A stretch of 31,447 nt of DNA from Halalkalibacterium halodurans (GTDB lineage Bacteria > Bacillota > Bacilli > Bacillales > Bacillaceae_D), in NCBI RefSeq assembly GCF_004376175.1, contig NZ_SNUY01000042.1:4092-35538 (forward strand), given 5' to 3'. The notes beneath the pieces were generated by a model. It was not told the origin of the DNA. It searched no databases and saw only the letters and a list, made by a program, of their open reading frames with translations. Made by a program: the position numbers and the translations under genes. This document shows positions 1 to 7,563 of the stretch, one piece after another (the first letter of the stretch is position 1; each line of letters opens with the position of its first letter).

Positions 1-289
1 GGCACAAGGTCAAGGACAAGCAGCTACCGCTGTGGCTCTGTGTTTCACCTAAAATAGAAGTTTTACCAAGTAAAATAAGCAGGGCTAACCTATCTACTAG
101 AAACAGGGGTATTTACACAAAATTATTGACACACCCCCTTTAGTAGCTTTCAGATCATATATTATTAATATACTATATTTAAGACAGATTGGGTATACTT
201 ACTACTATAAATAAGTCACGATTTTCCTGAGAATCGTGAAAAATTAAACGGATAAATAGGCCGAAAGAATCTTGATGGGAAAATGATGG

Positions 290-328
290 AAAGAAAGTGG
301 AAAGCAGGGACCTGTGGAGGACCCTGCT
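290..328 (-). terminator. Rho-independent terminator downstream of the xpt-permease operon
   Basis: On the minus strand, AGCAGGGTCC-TCCACA-GGTCCCTGCT (10-bp stem, one mismatch) is followed by a T-rich run (TTCCACTTTCTTTCC). It lies about 75 nt after the permease stop at 405. Confidence 0.6.
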
Positions 329-404
329 GATCTAAAGGGGGTGTTCTAGAAGTTCGAAAAGGAAGGTGTCTCAGCTATTGTTCATGAAGAGGCTCGTCTT
401 CTTT

Positions 405-1931
405 TTAAGACGCCACCCGTTTTGAGCTAAGAGTAGAAGGGCTTGCTACGGCTTCTTTGCTTGTTTTACGGAAAGCACAGTAAGAAAAGAGAATGGCGAT
501 ACATAGATACCCGAGTGAATAATCAGGAGCCGCGTTAAATGATAGCTCTGGAGCATGCATAAACCCAGCAAATGAAAGCCCGGCACCTATCAGAGAAAAG
601 ACGGCTGCCTTTATAAATTGTTTATCAATAATACATACAGCAATGGCTCCGAGGATGATCGCAGTGAACATCGCCCCTTGACCGAGAGGCACAATGCCTT
701 CAGAAATCCCTTGAACCACTTCTCCTGCGTTGTTATTAAATCGAGTCATCACATAATTCGCTACATATGGAAGCATTGCTAGTGCTACAGCAGGATAATA
801 TTTTCGATCATTGGAATCGAAAGCGGTGACGACCATTGACATGCCGACGAAAACAAGAATTGGTGCGACAGCCGCAAGTGGAATCAATTCCGATAATGCA
901 GCGATGACTCCCGTTACAGCAGTTATGGCAAATACGAGTGCGTTTAAAATGCTATATCCACGCCCTGCACCCATCCATTTGGAGCCGACAGTTGCGATAT
1001 AAACCGTCGTTGGAAACAGTCCGCCAAAAACAGCTCCGATCATCGTACCAACGCCGTCTACGGCTTGACATTCCCGAACATCATAAGAGTCTCCCGCTGC
1101 CGCCATCGCATCTACGTTATTCATCGTTTCAATCGCATTATAGATCGTAATAGGCAGCAGTATAGCTAACAGTCCAACTAAAGGGCCGAACAAGTAACCG
1201 AAGCCTTCAAAAGCACCGAGTGACGGAAGGATTGGGTAAAGTCCAATGTTGGCTAAACTGTCTTGGAGTGTGTTTGCTGATTGATAGCCGAGAACAAATG
1301 CAAGAACTGTACCAATAATGACAGCGCATAACGACGGAGGGATGTTAAAAGGTAACGTCACTTTCCCTACGACACCAAGCAATATAATCGCAAGTGCGAC
1401 AAGACCAACAACAGGGATTGAAAAAACTTGAAAGAGCATTTCTCCTGCAATAAAGGTAACAGCTACGCCCGCCAGTGCACCAAGCATAGCTGGACGAGGG
1501 AGATGCTTTCGTACCCAATTTCCAGTGAAACTAACAAGCAACTCGATAAATCCGCTTAAAAAGGCTGCTGCTAATCCAATCTTCCAAGCGAGCTCAGGAT
1601 CGCCAGTTAGCGCTAGTGCAGGAGCTAAAATTCCAAATAAGAACACGAACATAACAGGTGTGCTAATCCCATAGGAAAGAGCAGTCACGTCACTTCTACT
1701 TTCCTTTTGAGCCAATCGGTTTGCCATATAGGCGTAATAAAGGTTACCGACAATGACAGCTACGGCCACCCCAGGGATCACTTTACCGAACACTAAGCTT
1801 GCGGGAAAGCCTAGCCCTATCATTGTCACCGCAATGATGACAAAGTTGGCTAAATTGTTTTGAAACAGGGCAAAAAAAGCATCAATGTCTTCTTTTTTAA
1901 ACCAAGGATAGTGCACAGTTTTGGCTGACAT
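405..1931 (-). CDS. Polytopic nucleobase permease (xanthine/uracil-permease superfamily, AzgA/COG2252-like), second gene of the xpt operon
   Basis: 508-aa ORF that is hydrophobic throughout, with many predicted TM helices and an AAGAGGGAA SD 5 nt before the ATG. It starts 30 nt downstream of xpt, in the position held by pbuX in B. subtilis. The N-terminus (HYPWFKKEDIDAFFALFQNNLANF) and the TVGSKWMGAGRGYS segment resemble AzgA-type rather than PbuX-type carriers. Confidence 0.75.
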   Translation of the reverse strand: MSAKTVHYPWFKKEDIDAFFALFQNNLANFVIIAVTMIGLGFPASLVFGKVIPGVAVAVIVGNLYYAYMANRLAQKESRSDVTALSYGISTPVMFVFLFGILAPALALTGDPELAWKIGLAAAFLSGFIELLVSFTGNWVRKHLPRPAMLGALAGVAVTFIAGEMLFQVFSIPVVGLVALAIILLGVVGKVTLPFNIPPSLCAVIIGTVLAFVLGYQSANTLQDSLANIGLYPILPSLGAFEGFGYLFGPLVGLLAILLPITIYNAIETMNNVDAMAAAGDSYDVRECQAVDGVGTMIGAVFGGLFPTTVYIATVGSKWMGAGRGYSILNALVFAITAVTGVIAALSELIPLAAVAPILVFVGMSMVVTAFDSNDRKYYPAVALAMLPYVANYVMTRFNNNAGEVVQGISEGIVPLGQGAMFTAIILGAIAVCIIDKQFIKAAVFSLIGAGLSFAGFMHAPELSFNAAPDYSLGYLCIAILFSYCAFRKTSKEAVASPSTLSSKRVAS

Positions 1932-1961
1932 GAAGTTCCCTCTTTTCCGGTATGATTTTCG

Positions 1962-2576
<615 letters not shown>

Positions 2577-2585
2577 TTACATAAC

Positions 2586-2642
2586 ACAAAAAACCGAACG
2601 TTCTGGCACACTCAATAAGCGAGTGAAACCTTGACGTTCGGT
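2586..2642 (-). terminator. Expression-platform terminator of the purine riboswitch
   Basis: The minus strand reads GACCGAACGT...ACGTTCGGTTTTTTTGTG (8-9 bp GC-rich stem plus U7). An internal CACTCG segment can pair instead with the 3' strand of aptamer P1 (CGAGTG), as expected for an OFF-switch. Confidence 0.8.
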
Positions 2643-2675
2643 CCAAAATGGCATGACTAGTCTATGTCAAAGTAT

Positions 2676-2746
2676 CACTCGTAGTCAGGCTGTTTACGGC
2701 AGCCTGGTAGAAACTTGCGGGCCCTATTCCCGCGATTATACGAGTG
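2676..2746 (-). promoter_or_regulatory. Purine riboswitch aptamer, guanine/xanthine class (C at the specificity position)
   Basis: The minus strand reads CACTCGTATAATCGCGGGAATAGGGCCCGCAAGTTTCTACCAGGCTGCCGTAAACAGCCTGACTACGAGTG. This is nearly collinear with the B. subtilis xpt G-box (UAUAAUCGCG...CAAGUUUCUACC...CCGUAAA...GACUA). The discriminator in ...CCTGACTAC... is C. Confidence 0.95.
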
Positions 2747-2773
2747 CTTTTTTTAATGTAAATGTATGATGGC

Positions 2774-2802
2774 ATTATATAGGATTCTGTCGTCAATGAA
2801 AA
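2774..2802 (-). promoter_or_regulatory. Putative sigmaA promoter of the xpt operon
   Basis: The minus strand has TTTTCA (2802..2797), a 17-nt spacer and a perfect TATAAT (2779..2774), about 30 nt upstream of the aptamer. Confidence 0.5.
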
Positions 2803-2813
2803 CCCCTTTGCAG

Positions 2814-2856
2814 GAAAAAACGAATGAATGAATTAAATTCAGAAAATTTATTCGTG
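2814..2856 (-). terminator. Orphan rho-independent terminator in the xpt/EIIA spacer
   Basis: The minus strand reads ACGAATAAAT-(16-nt loop)-ATTCATTCGT followed by TTTTTTCC. No annotated gene lies upstream of it on this strand. Confidence 0.55.
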
Positions 2857-3112
2857 TTTTGCCTAGAAATGACGTTTGAAACCATAGCAAAAGCGCCCCA
2901 TTTAAATAGAGCGCTTTGCTTAGGAATCATTTGAATGGTTTGCGTAGATTGAAACACGTCGTTCTTAAACAAGAGGAAAAGGTTTTGTTGGATCCGTTTA
3001 TAGTAAGAGGGAGAAGGGTAAAGGGGAGAACGAGTGTAAACAACGCGCTATCTTGGTTGAAGTAGGGAGAGGGATAAAGAATGAATGATGAGACTTTATA
3101 ACCACCTCCTTA
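2814..3112 (-). ncRNA. Candidate small RNA (CU/UCCC-rich) bounded by a predicted promoter and terminators
   Basis: Minus-strand TTGTTT (3147..3142), 17 nt, TATAAT (3124..3119), with a T-rich upstream region. The predicted transcript has no SD-plus-start ORF. It begins with AAGGAGGTGG and carries ATCCCTCTCCCTAC and TTCTCCCCTTTACCCTTCTCCCTCTTAC tracts. Two hairpins could end it: one near 2887..2917 and the T-tract terminator at 2814..2856. Confidence 0.3.
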
Positions 3113-3247
3113 ACACCTATTATAAGGGTGTGTAATTCAAAAAACAACAAAAACATCCAAAAAATGCAAAATGAACAGTCCCTATTCAAATCTCGAAGTT
3201 GTGTGTGGGGAAATTGTGGTTGTTTCGTGAAACATCCATATGTATTG

Positions 3248-3275
3248 TTGACAATCATCGCGTGCTTTTTATAAG
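3248..3275 (+). promoter_or_regulatory. Putative sigmaA promoter of the EIIA gene
   Basis: Perfect TTGACA (3248..3253), a 16-nt spacer and TATAAG (3270..3275), about 110 nt upstream of the GTG start. Confidence 0.55.
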
Positions 3276-3383
3276 ATGACGTTATGGTTATAGCTTGCCT
3301 AGACAAGAGCCTAGAACGTGGTTTTAGGTCTTTTCATGTTACGAGAAACGAATAAAAGACGAATGATGATATGAGGTGAGACA

Positions 3384-3905
3384 GTGTTTAAAAAACTATT
3401 TGGATTGGACAAAAAAGCGAAGAATGAGGCTGCGTCACCGCAGGAGGAATTGATTTATGCTCCGTTAAATGGCACGCTTGTAGACATTGAGGATGTACCT
3501 GATCCAACGTTTGCGCAAAAGATGATGGGGGATGGATTTGCGATTGATCCTCGTGACGGTCACGTGGTTGCACCAGTGGCTGGAGAAATCGTACAAGTCT
3601 TTCCAACGAAGCATGCGGTCGGGATTAAAACGCCAGGTGGAGCAGAATTGTTAATTCATATTGGACTTGAAACCGTAAATATGAAAGGAGAAGGCTTTAC
3701 CGCTCATGTGAAGGAAGGAGATAAAGTGAACGTAGGAGACGCCCTCGTTGACTTTGATCTTGAATTAGTGAAGGAAAAAGCTGAGAGTACAGTTACTCCA
3801 GTGGTCGTGACTAATATCGATCAGCTTGCCGTTTTCGAAAAACAAGCGGCAACTGAAACGAAAGCAGGAGAAACGTCGCTTGTTACAATAAAAGTTCAAG
3901 GATAA
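3384..3905 (+). CDS. Stand-alone PTS glucose-family EIIA component (Crr/YpqE-like)
   Basis: 173 aa with EIIA-Glc hallmarks: DPTFAQKMMGDGFAI, the first His region VFPTKHAVGI and the phosphorylatable His region ELLIHIGLETV. GTG start 7 nt after GAGGTGAG. No EIIB/EIIC gene is adjacent. Confidence 0.9.
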   Translation: MFKKLFGLDKKAKNEAASPQEELIYAPLNGTLVDIEDVPDPTFAQKMMGDGFAIDPRDGHVVAPVAGEIVQVFPTKHAVGIKTPGGAELLIHIGLETVNMKGEGFTAHVKEGDKVNVGDALVDFDLELVKEKAESTVTPVVVTNIDQLAVFEKQAATETKAGETSLVTIKVQG

Positions 3906-3911
3906 GATTCG

Positions 3912-3950
3912 GGAGCACGTCCTTTAAAAGGGAGGTGCTCTTTTTGTTTT
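3912..3950 (+). terminator. Rho-independent terminator of the EIIA gene
   Basis: GAGCACGTCC-TTTAAAAG-GGAGGTGCTC (one mismatch) followed by TTTTTGTTTT. Confidence 0.8.
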
Positions 3951-4010
3951 GTTGCAAGCGAGAATGTTTTTTCCGTCCACGATGCTACCATTAGGAGATG
4001 GTCAGCAAGT

Positions 4011-4172
4011 TTTCTTATTTACAAGCACCTTATTGGAATCCATAACCCATGGCTTAGCATCATCTATGTAGTGGCCGCTGTCTTTGTCATCGTCGGTTCA
4101 GCTATGCTGTATTCCTTATCGAAACTAAAAGACCAAAACATGATTGAGACCATCAAGCAGGAAAGTATTTAA
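4011..4172 (+). pseudogene. Possible 3' remnant of a membrane-protein gene (FtsX/ABC-permease-like C-terminus)
   Basis: The frame is open back to about 3950 but has no plausible start or SD. It translates to ...FLIYKHLIGIHNPWLSIIYVVAAVFVIVGSAMLYSLSKLKDQNMIETIKQESI*, a terminal TM helix plus a short basic/acidic tail. It sits between the EIIA terminator and the convergent LacI gene. Confidence 0.25.
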
Positions 4173-4200
4173 GCGAGCGGCTGCCCGAAAAGACGGTTTA

Positions 4201-5241
4201 CTAGACATGACCGTTGGGGGCAGCCATTCTGTTTTTTACAGACTCCCTTTCAGCAATGCGATGGGGCATGGTGAGCGATGTGTTCGGTTCTCTTGATTGA
4301 ATCGAGTCAATCAACTTTTTAGTTGCCTGTGCTCCCATTTCTTCGAAAGGTTGGGAAACGGTCGTTAATGGAGGAATCGACATTTTCGCAAGCTTCGTAT
4401 CGTCATAACCAATGACCGATAGTTGATGTGGGACACGGATTCCTAGGTGATAGGCACTTGATACCGCACTAATAGCTAATTCATCACTTGCAGCAAAAAG
4501 AGCTGTTATGGATGGATGGCTTTTTAACAGTTTTTGAAATGCAACTTGTCCATCTTCAAAATAAAACCCTTTGTGCCAAGTCATTTTTGTTTCAATAAAA
4601 GGAAGATCCGCTTCTCGTAAGGCTCGTTTGTAGCCTTGAATACGGGGATGACCGGCCAATGGGTCTGTCGGGGGCCCGCTAATCATGCCAATGTCTGTGT
4701 GCCCTTTCTCTATTAAATAACGAACTGCATCATAGGAAGCAGCTTCATCATCTACCTTTACATACGGGACGTCGTTTGTTTCGGAAAAGGCGGAAATCGT
4801 AATGATCGGTACACCCATTTTTTTTATAAACTCTCTATAGTCCTTCGTAAGGAGTTGACTTATAAAAAGAAGGCCGTCCACTTGTTTCTCTTGCAAAAAG
4901 GTTAAATAGTCCATTGTTTTTTTGTGGTCCGAAGCTGTATTACAAACGATCACGCTTATCCCATGGGATTGAGCTACCTCTTCAATTCCTTGCAAAATTT
5001 GCGCACTAATAAGTCCTGATACATTAGGAAACAAGACGCCAATTGAATCGGTCTTTTTATTGATAAGACCCCGGGCAACAGCGTTTGGGTGATAGCCCAT
5101 TTTTTCAATCGTTTCAAGTACGTGCTGCTTTGTTTTTTCTGAATAGCCTACACCTTTATTGAGGATGCGAGATACGGTAGCAATGGATACGTTCGCTTCG
5201 CGGGCAACGTCTTTAATGGTTGGTCTGTTCAAATGTCTCAT
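4201..5241 (-). CDS. LacI/GalR-family transcriptional regulator
   Basis: 346 aa with an N-terminal HTH (TIKDVAREANVSIATVSRILN) and a periplasmic-binding-protein-like core (SVIGYDD). The ATG at 5241 abuts the AAGGA SD. The TTG at 5232 (MNRPTIKDVA...) has better SD spacing and may be the true start. Confidence 0.9.
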   Translation of the reverse strand: MRHLNRPTIKDVAREANVSIATVSRILNKGVGYSEKTKQHVLETIEKMGYHPNAVARGLINKKTDSIGVLFPNVSGLISAQILQGIEEVAQSHGISVIVCNTASDHKKTMDYLTFLQEKQVDGLLFISQLLTKDYREFIKKMGVPIITISAFSETNDVPYVKVDDEAASYDAVRYLIEKGHTDIGMISGPPTDPLAGHPRIQGYKRALREADLPFIETKMTWHKGFYFEDGQVAFQKLLKSHPSITALFAASDELAISAVSSAYHLGIRVPHQLSVIGYDDTKLAKMSIPPLTTVSQPFEEMGAQATKKLIDSIQSREPNTSLTMPHRIAERESVKNRMAAPNGHV

Positions 5242-5250
5242 TCCTTAAAC

Positions 5251-5262
5251 GAAAACGTTTTC
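5251..5262. promoter_or_regulatory. Putative LacI-family operator (perfect 12-bp palindrome GAAAACGTTTTC)
   Basis: A CG-centred perfect palindrome lies between the predicted -10 element and the SD of the LacI-family gene. It resembles the cre/LacI-type core AANCGNTT. A weaker second site, ATGAACGTTTGC, lies at 5316..5327, with the two centres 65 bp apart. Confidence 0.5.
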
Positions 5263-5271
5263 TGTGATTCG

Positions 5272-5300
5272 ATTATAGAGTGAAGACAATCGGTCGTCAA
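5272..5300 (-). promoter_or_regulatory. sigmaA promoter of the LacI-family gene
   Basis: Minus-strand TTGACG (5300..5295), an exactly 17-nt spacer and a perfect TATAAT (5277..5272). Confidence 0.7.
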
Positions 5301-5343
5301 GAATAGGAGTGGGACATGAACGTTTGCCCCATCTTGACCATAT

Positions 5344-5390
5344 GAAAAAGAAGATGATCTGCCTGTAGGACAAAGATCATCTTCTTTTTC
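5344..5390 (-). terminator. Bidirectional rho-independent terminator after the DUF1980-family gene
   Basis: GAAAAAGAAGATGATCT-(13-nt loop)-AGATCATCTTCTTTTTC. The long stem is perfect and is flanked by an A-run and a T-run. It starts 15 nt past the stop at 5405. Confidence 0.85.
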
Positions 5391-5404
5391 ATACTCTTGT
5401 TTCA

Positions 5405-6370
5405 TTAAAAGCGAAAGGAAGGAAAAACATAAGGGGAGTCAGGTTCGTCAATAACTTCTAACTGATCAACATGAATGAGCGGGATTTGAGCATCGTCAAA
5501 TTCTGTCTGTGATAACGTTCCTTCCACGCGGACCCACATATCATTTGTCAATTCGTCTAAATCGTCAGCTTCAATCATTGTTGCGTAGACTGTAGCATCT
5601 GCTACGCAGCACGTCATGCCGAATCGGGCAACCGCCAATTGGTTGTTCGGAAAGCTTTTATCGCGAAAAACAAAACCGATTAACTCGATCTCTTTCCCTG
5701 CAAATTCAGGCAGATGATGCTCCAGCATCGTCATCACATCTAAATAATTTTCGTCTGTTACGACTAATCGATCCTCGGCTAACATTTCGTCAGCCATTTC
5801 CCGATAATAAGAATTAAAGCCTTCTTCTGTATAAAAATCTTCAGGAGCGGTGTTAGAATTTTGTTCCTCTAATTGTCTGTAATATTCATCAGGGTCTTCT
5901 AAAAACAACTCTGCACGTGACGTGCCTGATTCGCCCTCTAAAGATCCTGTGGAATCACCTGGTGCGATTGATTGATTCATACCTGTGCTAAATTGGACGC
6001 CTCGGTTAGCAGCAACCGAGCTATCAAGCACTTTATCAGGAACGACAAAGCCAGAAATAATCGGAACAACGAAAATGGCGTATATTAACACTTTTGTCAT
6101 GGGAGAGCCGCTCATGGAATGGTCGGTCCCGCAATCACATAGAAGCTCTTCCTCTTGGCCTTTGGCCGTACTGCGTATGATTTGGATGACACCAAGGAGG
6201 AGAAAGACAACCGTCGCGAAATAGACAAATGGCATCATTGAAGGTGCTATGTAATAGCGGATCGCACCAGTCAAAATAAAGGCGATCAATAAAAGGGAAA
6301 ATCCGATTAGGATGATCCCACGTAGGTACGCATGGAATCCGAGATCTTGTGTCGTTTGTTCGTTGTCCAT
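5405..6370 (-). CDS. TIGR03943/DUF1980-family partner subunit of a two-component membrane permease (YcgQ / SMU.746-like)
   Basis: The listed ORF (to 6433) overlaps the upstream gene. The ATG at 6370 (MDNEQTT...) follows GGAGGGAG with a 4-nt spacer and lies 19 nt after the upstream stop. It has N-terminal TM helices with a CDCGTDH loop and a C-terminal soluble domain carrying the conserved FGMTCCVADA motif. Confidence 0.8.
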   Translation of the reverse strand: MDNEQTTQDLGFHAYLRGIILIGFSLLLIAFILTGAIRYYIAPSMMPFVYFATVVFLLLGVIQIIRSTAKGQEEELLCDCGTDHSMSGSPMTKVLIYAIFVVPIISGFVVPDKVLDSSVAANRGVQFSTGMNQSIAPGDSTGSLEGESGTSRAELFLEDPDEYYRQLEEQNSNTAPEDFYTEEGFNSYYREMADEMLAEDRLVVTDENYLDVMTMLEHHLPEFAGKEIELIGFVFRDKSFPNNQLAVARFGMTCCVADATVYATMIEADDLDELTNDMWVRVEGTLSQTEFDDAQIPLIHVDQLEVIDEPDSPYVFPSFRF

Positions 6371-6389
6371 AAAACTCCCTCCAAACATC

Positions 6390-7403
6390 TTATAGAGTAA
6401 ACTGTAGCACCATAACGGCGAGGAAAACAACAACTGTAACGGTGATCATAAACGCTAGTACAAATTTGGATTTGAAAAAAGCGAACAGCATGATCGTGTT
6501 TTTCAAGTCCAGCATCGGTCCGTACACTAGGAAGGCGATCAATGATCCAATCGTAAACGTACTTCCAAAGGATGCGGCAACAAACGCATCGGCTTCTGAA
6601 CATAGAGACAAGATAAAAGCGAACGCCATCATCACACCGGTGGATGACCATTCATTTGAACCGATGGTCACAAGGATGTTTCGATCAAGGAAGGTTTGAA
6701 ACAATGCCGCAATAAACGCACCTGCAATTAAATATTTTCCCATAAGGAAAAATTCATCTGACGCATGATAAAGCGTTTGTTTCAACCGATTCATTTTCGG
6801 CTTCAGCTCCATATCAGATTGTACAGGAACACGACCGACAAGCTCTTCCTTGGTCCACTTTAATTGGTCGCTATTTTTAAACATGACATATAGTAAACCA
6901 CCGATCACAATGGATAGGATAAACGCAAGCCCCATCCGCGCATAAAGGACAGTTAAATCGGTGCGAAAGGCAAAGTAAGTAGAGGCTGCCACGATCGGGT
7001 TTAAAATCGGGGCGGCAACAAGGAAGACAACACCGACGTGGAGTGGCATACCCTTTTTGATTAATCGCCTAACGATCGGAACAATAGCGCATTCACATAT
7101 AGGAAAGATCGCACCGAGTACAGCGGCAGGCAAAAGAGCCGCATAGGCGTTTTTAGGTAAGTAGCGTTGAATCGTATCTTCCTTTACGTAAATTTGAATG
7201 AGAGCTGATACGAACACGCCGAGTAAAATGAACGGGACCGCTTCAATCACGATGCCAAGGAAAATCGTGTTCACATTCATCCATGGATCGGGAACGACGC
7301 CTTCCCCTTGTTTAAACGTATCAATTTGAAAAAAGAGGAAGAGAAAGATGGCAAGCAAAGCGAAACCAAACAAATCTTTTCCGAGATTAGACAACCTTTT
7401 CAT
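6390..7403 (-). CDS. COG0701-type permease (YcgR / SMU.747 / ArsP-like)
   Basis: 337 aa and polytopic, with intramembrane Cys motifs FPICECAIVPI and LSLCSEADAFVAASF typical of this family. It lies immediately upstream of its usual TIGR03943 partner. Confidence 0.85.
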   Translation of the reverse strand: MKRLSNLGKDLFGFALLAIFLFLFFQIDTFKQGEGVVPDPWMNVNTIFLGIVIEAVPFILLGVFVSALIQIYVKEDTIQRYLPKNAYAALLPAAVLGAIFPICECAIVPIVRRLIKKGMPLHVGVVFLVAAPILNPIVAASTYFAFRTDLTVLYARMGLAFILSIVIGGLLYVMFKNSDQLKWTKEELVGRVPVQSDMELKPKMNRLKQTLYHASDEFFLMGKYLIAGAFIAALFQTFLDRNILVTIGSNEWSSTGVMMAFAFILSLCSEADAFVAASFGSTFTIGSLIAFLVYGPMLDLKNTIMLFAFFKSKFVLAFMITVTVVVFLAVMVLQFTL

Positions 7404-7473
7404 ATGTTTGTATGCTCCTACCTTATGAAAATATTCGCTTTATCATTCTATCATAAAAAAGGTAGTTCGTTAG

Positions 7474-7492
7474 AATCAGAATCGTTCTGATT
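7474..7492. promoter_or_regulatory. Perfect 19-bp palindrome AATCAGAA-TCG-TTCTGATT; candidate Fur-family (Zur-like) metalloregulator operator
   Basis: The palindrome sits in the 160-bp divergent spacer, about 70 nt from each start codon. It abuts the -35 position of a minus-strand extended -10 promoter (TGATAGAAT, 7445..7453). By my count it matches 14 of 20 positions of the B. subtilis Zur box (AAATCGTAATNATTACGATTT). Confidence 0.5.
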
Positions 7493-7563
7493 TGTGAAGA
7501 AATTGCTCACTTATGATAGATTATGAATAGAGGAGCAAACAGAAAGGAGAGAGGAGAGAAGCT

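Noticed and set aside
1-52. Possible 3' end of a plus-strand gene (...AQGQGQAATAVALCFT*)
   Set aside because: Only 17 codons are visible. There is no recognisable motif and nothing to support a call.
158-172. Perfect 7-1-7 palindrome TATATTA-T-TAATATA in the AT-rich region downstream of the permease
   Set aside because: It consists only of A and T within a very AT-rich stretch between convergent genes. It has no associated promoter or gene and only a superficial likeness to Fur-family boxes, so it probably arose by chance.
219-243. Hairpin TCACGATT-TTCCTGAG-AATCGTGA as a terminator
   Set aside because: The 8-bp stem is real, but it is followed by an A-run on the plus strand and only a weak T-rich run on the minus strand. 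I cannot assign it to either convergent gene with any confidence.
3066-3100. Plus-strand mini-ORF MNDETL* behind a GGGAGAGGGA SD-like sequence (possible leader peptide)
   Set aside because: I found no plus-strand promoter upstream of it. It lies in the loop of a hairpin that is equally explained on the minus strand, and it sits upstream of the EIIA promoter rather than inside its leader.
2998-3306. 102-aa minus-strand ORF in the xpt/EIIA spacer
   Set aside because: It has no SD before its ATG. Its composition is low-complexity and rich in Phe, Leu and Pro, as expected from translating the CU-rich and T-rich tracts. It also spans the predicted divergent promoters. The region is better explained as non-coding (see the sRNA candidate).
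6307-6651. 114-aa minus-strand ORF spanning the junction of the two permease-complex genes
   Set aside because: It is out of frame with both well-supported genes, is rich in Cys, Arg and Trp like shadow frames, and has no SD.
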